A DNA stretch of 63,257 nt, the filler included, from Octopus bimaculoides (taxonomy: Eukaryota), in NCBI RefSeq assembly GCF_001194135.2. It is 6 parts of 5 records of this genome, joined end to end, with 100 filler letters (N's around TTAATTAATTAA, not from the genome) between each part and the next. Parts side by side here need not be neighbours in the genome. Positions count along the whole stretch, not along the records: positions 1 to 15,640 come from NC_068986.1; 5 more parts are not named here. One strand, given 5' to 3'. Positions 1 to 12,444 of the stretch are shown here, piece after piece; the first letter of the stretch is position 1, and every line of letters starts with the position of its first letter. The notes under the pieces are model-generated. The model worked only from the letters and a program-made list of their open reading frames with translations, did no database searches and was not told where the DNA came from. The translations under genes were made by a program, and so were the position numbers.

Positions 1-172
1 ATATATAACATACAGAAAATTTCACTACTGGGTACTGCACACATTCTACGCAAAACACTTTCAATACAGTAAACATAAGAGCACCACAGCAAACCACAGC
101 ACATACCCAAGGCACACAGAGCTGCGCTCGGTAGTGAAGTGAAAGCACGTTATAAAAATAAAGCTACTGAAC

Positions 173-212
<40 letters not shown>

Positions 213-240
213 GTAGTAGTAGTAGTAATAATAATAATAA
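1..240 (+). mobile_element. 3' end of R4/Dong-clade RLE non-LTR retrotransposon (family A) with (TAA)n tail
   Basis: Nearly identical to 15937-16120, which encodes the RLE C-terminus (IQKIALLGTAHILRKTLSIQ*) plus the 3' UTR, followed by a TAA run. Confidence 0.85.
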
Positions 241-329
241 TTCTTTCTACTATAGACACTAGGGCTGAAATTCTTGGGGAGAGGAATGATCAAGACATTC
301 TAGTGCTCCACTTGTATTTGGCAAACAGT

Positions 330-2031
330 TCGGCAGTAACAAGCAAAAGAATTATAAAAACTTAACCCATCTCCATTTGAAGAGGAATATTCCAAGAAGA
401 CTTCTTTTCTGTTTGGCATTGACACCTGTAACCAGCACATTAAACAAAACTGGATGTGGATACAACTGCTATGGTAAAACAATCAATCATCTCGTGTGTA
501 TGGATGATCTCAAGTTGTATGTCACAAATAAAAACACCAATGCAGACAGTACATGGATTTACCAAAGAAATAATTATGGGATTTGGCTTATAAAAATGTG
601 CCAAAGCGACATAGAATGGAGGAAAACTAATCAAGAACAATATCATGCAAGATAAAAGTAGTGCAATAAGAGAACTAGACCAAACATTGGCATATATATA
701 TATTTAGGAATCAATTAACTAGATAGGGTACAACATACACAAATGAAGGAAAATTATAGAATGATTTAGATTAACACTTAAAGCTGAGCTTAATGCAATA
801 AATAAGATAATAGGTATCAACACTCTTGCTGTCCTAGTTATAAGTTACAGTTATAATATTTGTCATTAGACACTAAAAGAACTAACAAGGCAAGACAGTA
901 AAACAAAAAAATATGCATCTATGAGCTATGAGCTAAAGGAAGTATAGACCTTTTACAACTAGAAAACCACTATAAAATATCCACCACAGGATTACAAAAC
1001 TTACTAATCTAGAATCAAGGAAACCTGATACAAATAGCTACAAAACATGCACAAAACAAAAAAAAACCCTGTTTTCTGTCTTCAAGGAAGCTAAAAAATT
1101 ACGAAACAGATATCATAGTAAGTGATAACTTTGAAGAAAAAGTAGAAGCAACAAAATATGTAAAGTAGTTGAAATCTAAGCTAATACTGAAACTGTTGAA
1201 TTCCATGATAAAAGGAAGGCAAGAAAATTACATACACGAAAAATACTGGGATAAGCTAAGCAGAGAAGAAACAGACAAAGTAAAATCCCAATACTGATTG
1301 AGAAGTATGACTCCCAAAGTAGAGGTTGAAGTGTTCTTAATTCCAGCACATGATCAAAGATTCCCCACCAGAAACCACCACTAACACATAATGAAGTAGA
1401 ATACAGTAACTGAGGATATGTGGTGATGGCCAAGAAACAATAAAGTATATTGTCTTTAGCTGCCCAGTCTTGGCCAAGAAAGAATATATCCACAGTTGAG
1501 AAAATATATCCACAGTTGAGACTTACATACGCTTGAAGCTTTGTCAGCACTATGAAAAGAGATTGTATAAACATACTCCAGGAAATGTCTTAGTAAATGA
1601 TGGAGCAGCCATACTCCAGAATATACCAATACACATATACAGGAAGATCAAGGTTAATCAACCAGGTATTGTTGTCAAGAGCCTCTTTGGAAAAATGCTT
1701 CCTATCAGTCCCAACAGATGACAATGTATCTCTAAAAGAAATGGAGAAACTGTCAAAATAAAAGTAACCTAAAAGTGGAACCTGAAAACAAAAAAAAAAA
1801 ATCCCTATAATAAACGGTACTTTAATGTAATGTAAAAACATGCTAACAAATTCCAGGACATATGAACAACATACTGAAAATAGCACTAATAGGCATTGCA
1901 CATATCTTACATAGTCAATATAGAAAAACATACAACACCAAAACAAACCACAGCACATATCCAAGGCACATACCATACATAATCACACTTGGTGGTGTAC
2001 TGATAGCATGTAATAAAAATAAGACTACTGA
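330..2031 (+). mobile_element. 5'-truncated, decayed R4/Dong-clade LINE (family A): RT C-half, thumb and RLE
   Basis: LLFCLALTP..LNKTGCGY..INHLVCMDDLKLY (RT motifs), later LCQHYEKR and PDNVSxKEMEKLSK-like RLE pieces; same 3' UTR type as 1-170; many stops and frameshifts. Confidence 0.85.
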
Positions 2032-2058
2032 ATGATGATGGTGGTGGTGGTGGTGGTA

Positions 2059-2090
<32 letters not shown>

Positions 2091-2107
2091 GATCATCATC
2101 ATTATCA

Positions 2108-2142
<35 letters not shown>

Positions 2143-2164
2143 TTTATTTTTATTATTATTATTA

Positions 2165-2495
2165 TTTCAAATTTTGGCTCAAGGCCAGTAATTTCAGGAG
2201 AGGAGATAAGTTGATTACATCAATCCTGTGTTCAAATGGTACTTATTTTATCAACCCTAAGAAGATGAAAGATAAAGTCAACCTTAGTGGTATAATAATC
2301 CTTTCTACTATAGGCATAAGGCCTGAAATTTGGGGGTAGGGGGACAAATTGATTACATCAACCCCAGTACTCAACTTAATTTATCAACCCCAAAAGAATG
2401 AACAAAGTCAACCTCAGCAGAATTTTGACTCAGAACGTAAAGATGAACAAAATGCTGCTAAGCATGCTAATGATCCTGCCAACTCACTGCCTTGG
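2165..2495 (-). mobile_element. Two head-to-tail copies of tRNA-derived SINE family 2
   Basis: Reverse complement of the core GTCGACTTTGCCTTTCATCCTTTCGGGGTCGATAAAATAAGTACC seen elsewhere in the window, present twice. Confidence 0.75.
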
Positions 2496-2519
2496 TGGTA
2501 TAATAATAATAATAATAAT

Positions 2520-2560
<41 letters not shown>

Positions 2561-2574
2561 TGATGATGATGATG

Positions 2575-3650
2575 ATAGGCTGCAAGATCTGTGTTTTCAA
2601 TGAGAAGAGCAGTCTGGGATGGTACATCAAACAACAGAGTGAACCCTTGCTTGTCACTACTGTTAGAAATAACATGATACCTAATGAAAATATGACTTAC
2701 TCAAAAAATATTTAAGAAACAAGATGAAGAACAAAGAATAAACAACTGGAAAATGAAAACAATGCATGGACAATACCTCAGAGAAATTGAAGGAAAAGAC
2801 GAGACTAACACCTGAAGGTGGTTAAGAAAAAGTGATCTGAAAGGATGCACTGAGGCATTGATATGCAGTGCCCAGGAACAAGCAACTAATAATACCTAGT
2901 TCCAAATAGATAAGGGTAGTGAATCAGTGCTTTGTAGAATGTGTGGTAGCAAAAATGAAACAATTCACATACTGTGAGTGAGTGTAGCAAACTGGCTCAA
3001 AAGCACTACAAAAGGAAGCATGATAATGTGGCTAAGTTTGTTCATTGGAGACTGTGAGAAAAATAACTGTACTGGAAAGAGCACAGAAATAGTATGAACC
3101 AGAGGACATCACTGAAAACGATGAATATAAGATTCTGTGGAATTTTACAATCCAGTATGTTCAGATACCAGATATTGTTGTGGTGGATTAAAGGAAAAAG
3201 GAAACCAAGATCATAGATATTGCCATATTTAAGGATGCTCACATTGGTGACAAAGAGCTGGTAAAGGTGGAAAAATACCAATTATTAAAAGAAGAAAATG
3301 GAATAATGTGGGCAATGAGGAGAGTAACTGTTTTCCCAATAGTTGTAGAGACACTTAGAGCACTAACAACCAAGTTTGAGAAATATGTCAGAGAAGCTAG
3401 AAGTGACATGACAACAGAGCAGGCCCCAAAACTGCTCTATTGGGGACCACAAGGTTTTTGAAATTGGTGCTTGGGTGTCAACACCCAAGCACCAATCCCC
3501 AAAACGATACTTAACATCCAAGTACTAAGTCTTATAATTTGCAGAAAGAGACCCTGTGAGACCTGTGACAACAGGTTGTTGTCTGTTCTCACAGAATCAA
3601 CCAGAAAAGGTAAGACTGAGAGTTCTGAGAAGTAAAATATAACAACAACA
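2575..3650 (+). mobile_element. 5'-truncated R4/Dong-clade LINE (family B-like), CCHC finger plus RLE
   Basis: MHGQYLREIEGK..WLRKSDLKGCTEALICSAQEQA, CRMCGSKNETIH, HDNVAKFVHW, KETKIIDIAI..KYQLLKEE; begins after (AAT)n(GAT)n and ends in a CAA/TAA run. Confidence 0.85.
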
Positions 3651-3989
3651 ACAATAACAACACCAATAATAATAATAATAATAGTAGTAACAAAAATAAC
3701 AGTAATATGAAAAACAATAATCATCATAGTAGTATGGATAGTAATACTGATAAAATGGAGAAGAATAAGTATAACAGAAGTGTCAAAGCTAATGATAATT
3801 TAACATGATACAAATAAATGTAATTCTAGAATACACAAAAATTGCTCTTTAGGTAGTCATTGATTTCAAGAGATGCAACTTAGCTCATGCCCATTTTCTA
3901 ATATTAAGTACAAATATTCCACCTCATTAGCTATTTATATCCATCATCTTAATGTTAATAACATTTCTTTTAATATTACTTGGTCTGTT

Positions 3990-4190
3990 AAGGTGGTGAA
4001 CTGGCAGAATCATTATCACGCCAGGCAAAATGGTTTTGTTCTGAGTTCAAATTCTACCTAGGTCCACTTTGCCTTTCATTCTTTCAAGGTCGATAAAATA
4101 AGTATCAGTCAAGCACTAAGGTTGATGTAATCAACTTAATCCCTCCCATCGAAATTGCTAGTTTTGTGTCAAAATTTGAAACCAATATCA
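3990..4190 (+). mobile_element. SINE family 2 copy (decayed)
   Basis: GGTGAACTGGCAGAATC head, GTTCTGAGTTCAAATTC B-box-like motif and CTTTGCCTTTCAT..GGTCGATAAAATAAGTA core. Confidence 0.7.
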
Positions 4191-4748
4191 ACTAGTCTAT
4201 TATTAGGATTGAAATAATTTATCAAGGTGACCTTTCTGTATGTAATTTCTGCAGCAGAGAATCTCTTGAGAAACATTTTGTGAAAATAGGTATCCCTACT
4301 TGTACATTTACAGATTTATTTTCTATTCTTCTTATTTTTTGTTCTTTTATTCAATTCTTTACATTTTTCTTGCAACTTCATTCTTTTCTTCACATCTGGA
4401 GCTTATAATGTATCATTGTCACCACAAGGTCATTTTGTCACTCACATAGCAACATGTCTTTCTCTGACATGTTTATATCTTCACAGGTCTCATTCACATC
4501 AAATATTTGGCTCTTTCAGATATTCTCTACTTTTTCTTTCTCCTTTCTTTTTTCTTTATTTATCTCTCCCCAACTTTCTTTGCCCCATTTTTTCATACTT
4601 GCTCTTGCTCTTGGTCTCACTACCTTTTATCCTCTTGCTCTTTCCACTTCACCATTACTAACCCTCACCTTCTTCTGCCTTTTTTTATTGATGTTTGTAT
4701 GTCTCGCAATCTTCTGACAAAAACAATTTGGTGCTTCAATGCTTCTAG

Positions 4749-4782
4749 CTTAAATATATTAATGAATCATGCTTATGCATTG
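4749..4782 (+). CDS. Candidate small internal exon of unidentified host gene (xLNILMNHAYAL)
   Basis: First AG after a long pyrimidine tract (CTTCTAG), GTAAGG donor; 34 nt, phase 2 to phase 0, compatible with 8390. Inferred, no homology search. Confidence 0.35.
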
Positions 4783-5022
4783 GTAAGGTCAGATGTAGGG
4801 ATGTACTGTTGCAGCACATTGCTGCATTCGCCATTTGTCAGTATATGCCTGGCTCCTCCTGAGCAGAGTCCCAGTCAATCCCCATCTCCACAAGATATCT
4901 TCTCATCTGCCATGACCAATTGTGGCAGGTGATTGACCAACATGAGCCATCAGCCCAGCCAGATCCTCACTGAAGAGAACATGGTAAGTAGGTTCTAACT
5001 CGTAAAGTTGAGCAACATGGCA

Positions 5023-5300
5023 CTGGACAAGGATGTTTGGCACTGCTGATATCTGTGCAGGAGGACAAAGGTTCTGGTTTTTAGATCTCTGGTCCTCCCA
5101 GTCCTGCTCTATAGTTGTGAGATTTGGACACTGTCCGAGGCCCTTAAGAGTCACCTGAACTCCTTTGGTACCAGGACCCTTTGCAGAATTATAGGTTACC
5201 ATTGGGTGGATTTCTTATCCAACCAATGACTCAACTCAGAAACTGGGATATGTCCTGTTACTTGTACAATTTGGAAGTGCCAGCTCAGATTGTTTGTCCA
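5023..5300 (+). mobile_element. RTE/L2-like LINE RT C-terminal fragment
   Basis: KVLVFRSLVLPVLLYSCEIWTLSEALKSHLNSFGTRTLCRIIGYHWVDFLSNQ*L, the LLYGCETWT thumb-region motif, with stops. Confidence 0.75.
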
Positions 5301-6690
5301 TGTATGTGTTGGTAACAATTTTTAATTTCTTTTACTTTTGATGTGCATTATTGCCTCAGTATCTACCCTTGTTTCTATAGTACACATTTTTGCTTTAGCC
5401 AGCTTATTTACATTATCTTGCTTAGCACCAGAAAAGGGATCTTCCTGCCAAAAATCTGTCTCAATGAATTCCATCTAACCCATGCAAGCATTATATAATA
5501 GGGACACTTGTTAGCCCTTATTGAGCAATGTCAAGACAAAGAGACACACACACAAGCACACATGTGTGTGTGTGCACATGTGCAATTGCAGGCTTGACAT
5601 ACATAAATATATATACCTGTATATGTAGATACACATATATATATATATAGACATATGTAACTACATATATTCAGATGATAGGCACATATATACCTACATA
5701 TTATTTATATATATATATATATATATATATNNNNNNNNNNNNNNNNNNNNNNNNNNNNNNNNNNNNNNNNNNNNNNNNNNNNNNNNNNNNNNNNNNNNNN
5801 NNNNNNNNNNNNNNNNNNNNNNNNNNNNNNNNNNNNNNNNNNNNNNNNNNNNNNNNNNNNNNNNNNNNNNNNNNNNNNNNNNNNNNNNNNNNNNNNNNNN
5901 NNNNNNNNNNNNNNNNNNNNNNNNNNNNNNNNNNNNNNNNNNNNNNNNNNNNNNNNNNNNNNNNNNNNNNNNNNNNNNNNNNNNNNNNNNNNNNNNNNNN
6001 NNNNNNNNNNNNNNNNNNNNNNNNNNNNNNNNNNNNNNNNNNNNNNNNNNNNNNNNNNNNNNNNNNNNNNNNNNNNNNNNNNNNNNNNNNNNNNNNNNNN
6101 NNNNNNNNNNNNNNNNNNNNNNNNNNNNNNNNNNNNNNNNNNNNNNNNNNNNNNNNNNNNNNNNNNNNNNNNNNNNNNNNNNNNNNNNNNNNNNNNNNNN
6201 NNNNNNNNNNNNNNNNNNNNNNNNNNNNNNNNNNNNNNNNNNNNNNNNNNNNNNNNNNNNNNNNNNNNNNNNNNNNNNNNNNNNNNNNNNNNNNNNNNNN
6301 NNNNNNNNNNNNNNNNNNNNNNNNNNNNNNNNNNNNNNNNNNNNNNNNNNNNNNNNNNNNNNNNNNNNNNNNNNNNNNNNNNNNNNNNNNNNNNNNNNNN
6401 NNNNNNNNNNNNNNNNNNNNNNNNNNNNNNNNNNNNNNNNNNNNNNNNNNNNNNNNNNNNNNNNNNNNNNNNNNNNNNNNNNNNNNNNNNNNNNNNNNNN
6501 NNNNNNNNNNNNNNNNNNNNNNNNNNNNNNNNNNNNNNNNNNNNNNNNNNNNNNNNNNNNNNNNNNNNNNNNNNNNNNNNNNNNNNNNNNNNNNNNNNNN
6601 NNNNNNNNNNNNNNNNNNNNNNNNNNNNNNNNNNNNNNNNNNNNNNNNNNNNNNNNNNNNNNNNNNNNNNNNNNNNNNNNNNNNNNATAT

Positions 6691-6930
6691 ATATGTATGT
6701 ATGTGTGTGTAAATGTTTGTGTGTCTGTGTTTGTCCCCCCTAACATTGCTTGACAACCGATGCTGGTGTGTTTAAGTCTCCATAACTTAGCGGTTCAGCA
6801 AAAGGAATGATAGAATAAGTACTAGGCTTACAAAGAATAAGTCCTGGGGTCGATTTGCTCGACTAAAGGCAGTGCTCCAGCATGGCCACAGTCAAATGAC
6901 TGAAACAAGTAAAAGAGAGTAAAGAGAGTA
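6691..6930 (+). mobile_element. SINE family 1, 3' half (5' half presumably in the gap)
   Basis: Matches the 3' halves of 22284-22713 and 36032-36428, ending CAGTCAAATGACTGAAACAAGTAAAAGAG. Confidence 0.85.
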
Positions 6931-6999
6931 TATATACAAATATGTTTTCATGGAGTATAACATAAACAGAATATTAAGGAAGAATACTTAGTTTTTGAA

Positions 7000-7146
7000 C
7001 TCGACAGCTGTTTCTGGAAGCTCAGTTTACATAATAATCATAATGCTCATAATTAGCGAAAGGAATGTGCAAAAGAGTCTTGGGCACTGAAACAGTAAAT
7101 AGTCACATAGATATATTACTATAAGTCCAGCTTCCTTCATCAGGAG
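7000..7146 (-). ncRNA. Type I minimal hammerhead ribozyme motif (PLE/retrozyme type), near intact
   Basis: Minus strand: CUC-CUGAUGA-A-GGAAGC-(~108 nt)-GCUUCC-A-GAAA-CAGCU-GUC/GAG; palindromic ACAGCUGU stem-loop III. Confidence 0.7.
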
Positions 7147-7200
7147 AAGGTTGGCAAAGCACTACTCTGTGCTTTTTATACTTAGCATATCTAATTCACA

Positions 7201-7239
<39 letters not shown>

Positions 7240-7242
7240 ATG

Positions 7243-7274
<32 letters not shown>

Positions 7275-7678
7275 NNNNNNNNNNNNNNNNNNNNNNNNNN
7301 NNNNNNNNNNNNNNNNNNNNNNNNNNNNNNNNNNNNNNNNNNNNNNNNNNNNNNNNNNNNNNNNNNNNNNNNNNNNNNNNNNNNNNNNNNNNNNNNNNNN
7401 NNNNNNNNNNNNNNNNNNNNNNNNNNNNNNNNNNNNNNNNNNNNNNNNNNNNNNNNNNNNNAAAAATTTAAAATTATGAATTAGAAAAACATGTTTAAAA
7501 GATTCAATGATATCAAATATGATTTAAATGTTCATAACATTCAATAATATAAAAAATGTGGATCATCTTGTTTAAATGTACAAAATTCAATGGTGTTAGA
7601 AGTGACTGATAAGAAATGTGGATCATCAAATGTATGACCGAACTTTTTTCAAATTTAGGTGCCTTTTCAACAACAAAT

Positions 7679-7722
<44 letters not shown>

Positions 7723-8389
7723 AGAGAGGTGAGGTAGTGAGATAAACACAGGGAAACTTGACACATGTTTACAGGAGCACAAAATACATATGACTGAATA
7801 AAGAAAAAAGAGAACAAAAGAACAGAAGAATTGTGTAAAGATGGCTATAACTTACATAATAATCGTATTCATATGTAATATGTGCATGATGTCATGGGTG
7901 TGTGTCCTGCAACAAGTTCCAATGAAATTGTTAAAGTAAGAACTGTGTCCCTTGTCAAGAACAAGGTGACAAATGCATTCTTTCTAACAGTGTTTACCAA
8001 TATAAAAGTTTAAAGGAAACAGGTGGGTTAGTGAGGAGGAGTGGAAGGAAGTTGAGGAAATAGTAAAATAGAAAGGATGGTTAAAGGGAGATTCAAGATT
8101 AAGATACTACTTGACAAAAAACAGACAAAGAGAAATTAAAGTGGTCAAAGAAATATTGTTGTCCAAAATAGCAGGTGGGTGGGGGAGGAGTCAAAGTAGT
8201 AGTTCACTGACAAGATATAGCAATTAAGACAACAGAGGCTAGGGACAGAGTAGTGTGGAAAATTAAGTGTTGTGGTAAGCCAGTGGGGTAGAAGATGCAG
8301 TGAGTAAAAGAGAATTTTAGCTCAAACAATGAGAAATTATAATGATTTTATATAATGAGCAAACATTCTGTAGAACATTCTGTCTACAG

Positions 8390-8446
8390 GCAATGATCAT
8401 GTCAGATAATCAATTAAGTAAAGAAGTCGCATTTTGGTATGATATA
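8390..8446 (+). CDS. Candidate host-gene exon (AMIMSDNQLSKEVAFWYDI)
   Basis: CTGTCTACAG acceptor, GTAAGC donor; 57 nt, phase 0 to 0; in frame with 8551-8618 across a 104-nt intron. Confidence 0.55.
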
Positions 8447-8550
8447 GTAAGCAACATAATTTACAGATGCAACCATTTGCATTGTAGGGGACTCCACCAC
8501 AAGTTATCGAGCAGGACAAGGCATGAAGCATGCATTGAATTTTGCAACAG

Positions 8551-8618
8551 TGTATGCAAGCAGTGAGAGAAGTAGATTGTTTAGAAGCTCCATTTGAGAA
8601 AGATCTCAAGTGTGCAAG
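8551..8618 (+). CDS. Candidate host-gene exon (CMQAVREVDCLEAPFEKDLKCAR)
   Basis: TTTTGCAACAG acceptor, GTAACA donor; 68 nt, phase 0 to 2; in phase with 19627. Confidence 0.55.
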
Positions 8619-9175
8619 GTAACAAGATCTACAAATATTTGTGGTGGGCTTCTCCCAGTTACCACCTACCAAATTCACATAACATGGCTTTGGTTAGCCC
8701 ATAGAAAACATTTTCTCAGTATGTCAGTCAGTAAAACTGAACCCAAGAATATGTGCCTATATTTGTATATATGCGTGTGTGTGTGTGTAATTTTAAGTTT
8801 TGTGACAATTATTTGCTAAGAATCTTTATTTAACATAAGCATAATACAATATTTTGGATAATGTCACACATTATGCAGTTCTCATCAGGCATAATGTAAA
8901 ACAGAGTCAAATTACATGTTAAGTAATTCATTGATTATCAAGCAAGTCAAAGTTACTGATATAAAAGAACAAAGTGGGCACGTTAAGAAACTGACAATCT
9001 AGAATAGTATAGTACAAGAAAAGGAAGAAAATATAATTTATGATTACAGACCTGAAGACAATAACAAATAACAGTGGGTTTTTACAGACACTTGTCACCA
9101 AGGAATACATTAAGTCCCAAATACATTTACAGCGTGGACATTAATACTGGCTCAAAATAAATTATTCATAATCTG

Positions 9176-10429
9176 TTAGGTTGTTCTGAAAATAATGGCT
9201 GCTCTAAGTGTTGTGTTTTGAAACGCAACTTTATCATAGTATTTTAATTATATTTTAGGTGAATTTCAACATACTTAATAATTGATGTATGCTCTTTAAT
9301 AATTTTCTACTTATTTCAGAAAGAAAACATTCTTGAAGCCCTTAATTATGAACATGACAAAAAAGAATCTTCGCTTACTTTTCTTGCATGAGTTCAAGCT
9401 CGGGTACAATGCCTCCCAAAATGCTACCAATATCAACAGAGCATGGGGAGAGGGGTCCACAAGTGGTCGCACAGTACGAAGGTGGTTTCGGAAATTCTGT
9501 AACGGTGATGAGAGCCTTGAAGAGGAAGAAGGTGGAGGACGATCATGCAGTCTTGAAAATGAACAATTGAAAGCAATTGTTGAACAAAACCCACATCAAA
9601 ATGTCAGAGAAATGTCTCAGGCACTTGGTGTCGGTATTGCAATGGTCTCACGCGATCTGCAGAAGATTAATAAGGTGAAAAAGCTCAATAAATGTATACC
9701 ACATGAGCTCAATGGAAAAAAGTTCGGCGTTTTGAAGTGTGCTTGATGATCTTTCTGTGAAACACCAATGATCCTTTTCTTGACTAAATAGTCACTTGTG
9801 ATGAAAAGTGGATCTTTTATGATAACCATAAATGATCAGGCCAATGGCTTCATCGTGGTGAGTCCCCCAAACATTTCCCAAAGCCAAAATTGCATCAGCA
9901 AAAGATTATGGTGACTGTCTGGTGGTCTGCAGTTGGTGTTGTCCATTACAGCTTTCTGGAAGCCAATCAGAGCATTACAGCAGAGGTTTACTGCAATCAA
10001 CTTGCTGAAATGCATGCTCACTTGCCAAAAATGAGACCTGCATTGGGGAATTGGTGTGACCCAGTTCTGTTCCACGATAATGCAAAGCCACATGTTACAA
10101 GAATAATGCTGCAGAAACTCACAGACTTGGGATATGAGACTTTACCACATCCTCCATATTCTCCTGATCTTTCACCCAGTGACTACCATTTTTTAAAGCA
10201 TTTAAACACGTTTTTAAGTGATAAAACTTTCAGGTCTAAACCAGAGGTGGAATCAGCTTTCAAAATGCCACCAAGTTTTTATCAAGGCATAAATAATCTC
10301 GTTGATCAATGGCAGAGATGCATAGATATTCACGGCTCATACTTTAACTAATCAAAATATTTCTATTGTTAATTTTTCCAGAATAAAATAATGTTTCTGA
10401 AATCAACCATTATTTTTGGAGCAACCTAA
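9176..10429 (+). mobile_element. Near full-length mariner (Hsmar1/cecropia-like), about 1.25 kb, both TIRs present
   Basis: Left TIR TTAGGTTGTTCTGAAAATAATGG (9176) versus right CCATTATTTTTGGAGCAACCTAA (ending 10429) followed by TA; left TA mutated to TG. Confidence 0.9.
9348..10351 (+). pseudogene. Disrupted mariner DD34D transposase
   Basis: FLHEFKLG..TVRRWFRKF HTH, CIPHEL (WVPHEL), IVTCDEKW, HDNAKPH, HPPYSPDLSPSDY; frameshift near 9720 and stops. Confidence 0.9.
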
Positions 10430-10488
10430 TATCTTAGTTATATCTATATTTAAATTCACATGCACATATGCACACATACATACACACA

Positions 10489-11010
10489 TACAAGGTCTGA
10501 TCAAAAAGTACTGTTGCGATGGTAATGGAGCTAAAGTACACAGAGTGAAGCTGCTTGACAAAGATTGACCTTGAACTGTCATGCATGCAAACTAATTTAT
10601 AACGTTCTCGCTCACTTCCATTGTTTATAGCAGTGCTTGGAAATAAAGTGTGGAGAGTGTGGCTGTCTCAAAAAGAAGAGCAGGTTTCAGCTGCAAAGGA
10701 TCTCTTTGACTGTGTCAAGGAAGACAAAAGAACTTTCTGAAAACAGTCATAACAGGTGATGAATTGTGGTACTGTGACCCCAAAACAAAAGCAAATATCA
10801 AATCATACTTGAAAGGAATAAAATTTCAAGATGTTGAAGAAACCCAAGAGAATGTGACAAGGCAGCTGCTCACTATCCCTAAAAAAGGACTTCCAGGAAT
10901 GCTTCCATCAATAGAAAAAATGCTAGATAAAGTGTGCAGCTTCAGAAGGGGATTACTTCAATCTCATTGTGTGTTTATATCTGGTATCTCAGATATGAAA
11001 CATCATAACA
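10489..11010 (+). mobile_element. Internally deleted mariner derivative (second family), right TIR not seen
   Basis: Left end TACAAGGTCTGATCAAAAAGT shared with 28280; FLKTVITGDELW fused to LKGIKFQDVEE..FQECFHQ..KC...EGDYF. Confidence 0.75.
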
Positions 11011-11135
11011 AAATCAGTGCTGGCTATAATTTCTATAGAAAATCTGTAGAGATGAACTTAACATGTAATATATACACTGGTCATTCAAGCAGTAATTACT
11101 AAAACAAAATATACAAAAGAACATAAAGGTATACT

Positions 11136-11362
11136 CTTTACACTTTTACTCTTTTACTTGTTTCAGTCATTTGACTGTGGCCATGCTGGAGCACCGCCTT
11201 TAGTCAAGCAAATCAACCCAGGACTTATTCTTCGTAAGCCTAGTACTTATTCTATCAGTCTCTTTTTCTGAACCGTTAAGTTACGGGGACATAAACACGC
11301 CACCATCAGTTGTCAAGCGATGGTGGGGGGACAAACACAGACACACAAACATACACACACAC

Positions 11363-11457
<95 letters not shown>

Positions 11458-11620
11458 TACGCCAGGCTTCTTTCAGTTTCTGTCTACCAAATCCACTCAC
11501 AAGGCTTTGGTCGGCCCGAGACTATAGTAGAAGACACTTGCCCAAGGTGTCACGCAGTGGGAATGAGCCCGGAACCATATGGTTGGTAAGCAAGCTACTT
11601 ATCACACAGCCACTCCTGTA
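11136..11620 (-). mobile_element. SINE family 1, full-length copy with internal (TA)n
   Basis: Reverse complement of the head CAGGAGTGGCTGTGTGxTAAGTAGCTTGC through to the GTAAAAGAG tail. Confidence 0.9.
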
Positions 11621-11752
11621 TGAGAATAGCAAATAGAAACACCTCAGAATTAATATACTTAATTATAAAAAATTAATAATTAACTGTTTAATATAACATG
11701 ATCTAACAGGAGACCAAGTTACAACAATGAGATATATATCCAGTGTTTAGAT

Positions 11753-12050
11753 GTGAATAATGCAGTTATTTTGAAAATTTTCAATACTTGGATGACGGTC
11801 AAAATTACTGTCTTATATTATACCTGTATAGGTTCTATATCATCTTTCAAGTGGAAATTACATAACCAAACACACAGCTTTAAAAGAAGGGATAAGGCTA
11901 AAATGACATCACTTGCTACAAAAATTTGGGATTTAAAAGGTAATGTGTCAACTTCCATATTTCCTGGTGCATCATGAAATGTGCTAGACTTTATACCAAG
12001 GATAGGTATGAGCTTGAGTGTTGCCTATGCTGAACAGAATTGTTGGAAAT
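11753..12050 (+). mobile_element. Penelope-like element GIY-YIG endonuclease remnant
   Basis: TCIGSISSFKWKLHNQTHSFK..TSLATKIWDLK then, after a frameshift, IMKCARLY..ECCLC, resembling the PLE YIG..FK.R..NH..SF..LS.YIW.LK..C.LC pattern. Confidence 0.65.
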
Positions 12051-12444
12051 CTTTAATGTTCTGAAGTTCTTCACAAATAAAATAAACTTAGAGTAAAATT
12101 ACCACATTCTATTAGAAATGCCTTTTTGTATTTCAAACTTGTTATCTGGTTCAATTCTGAGTAATGTATCCTATTTAAATTCTTGTGTCATAAATATTTA
12201 TATTTAATAATTAACTTCTTGTATCACATATAAGGGTTTAGGGAAAAAATGATTTTATAATTCAAGTTGCTGAGTTTATAGTTGCTGGTAATAAGATCTT
12301 TCATATGCATTTTATTTTATCTTAATTTAAAAGAAGATATATTGCATAGAAACAGACTGTACTGGGAAATCTATTTTTGTTGCTTTAAGATCCTTATTTA
12401 ATAGAAATTTCTATTTGAAATTTGAAGTCTTATTAAAAAATTTG

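Noticed and set aside
4207-4289. Open exon-like segment IEIIYQGDLSVCNFCSRESLEKHFVKI
   Set aside because: Weak acceptor and donor; it ends in phase 1, incompatible with the next candidate exon (phase 2)
8468-8593. Frame reading ATICIVGDSTT, resembling a GDSL/SGNH motif
   Set aside because: Short, ends in a stop with no donor, and conflicts with the better-supported 8390/8551 exon pair
8838-8895. CUGAUGA on the minus strand
   Set aside because: No GAAA with a paired stem II and no stem I partner
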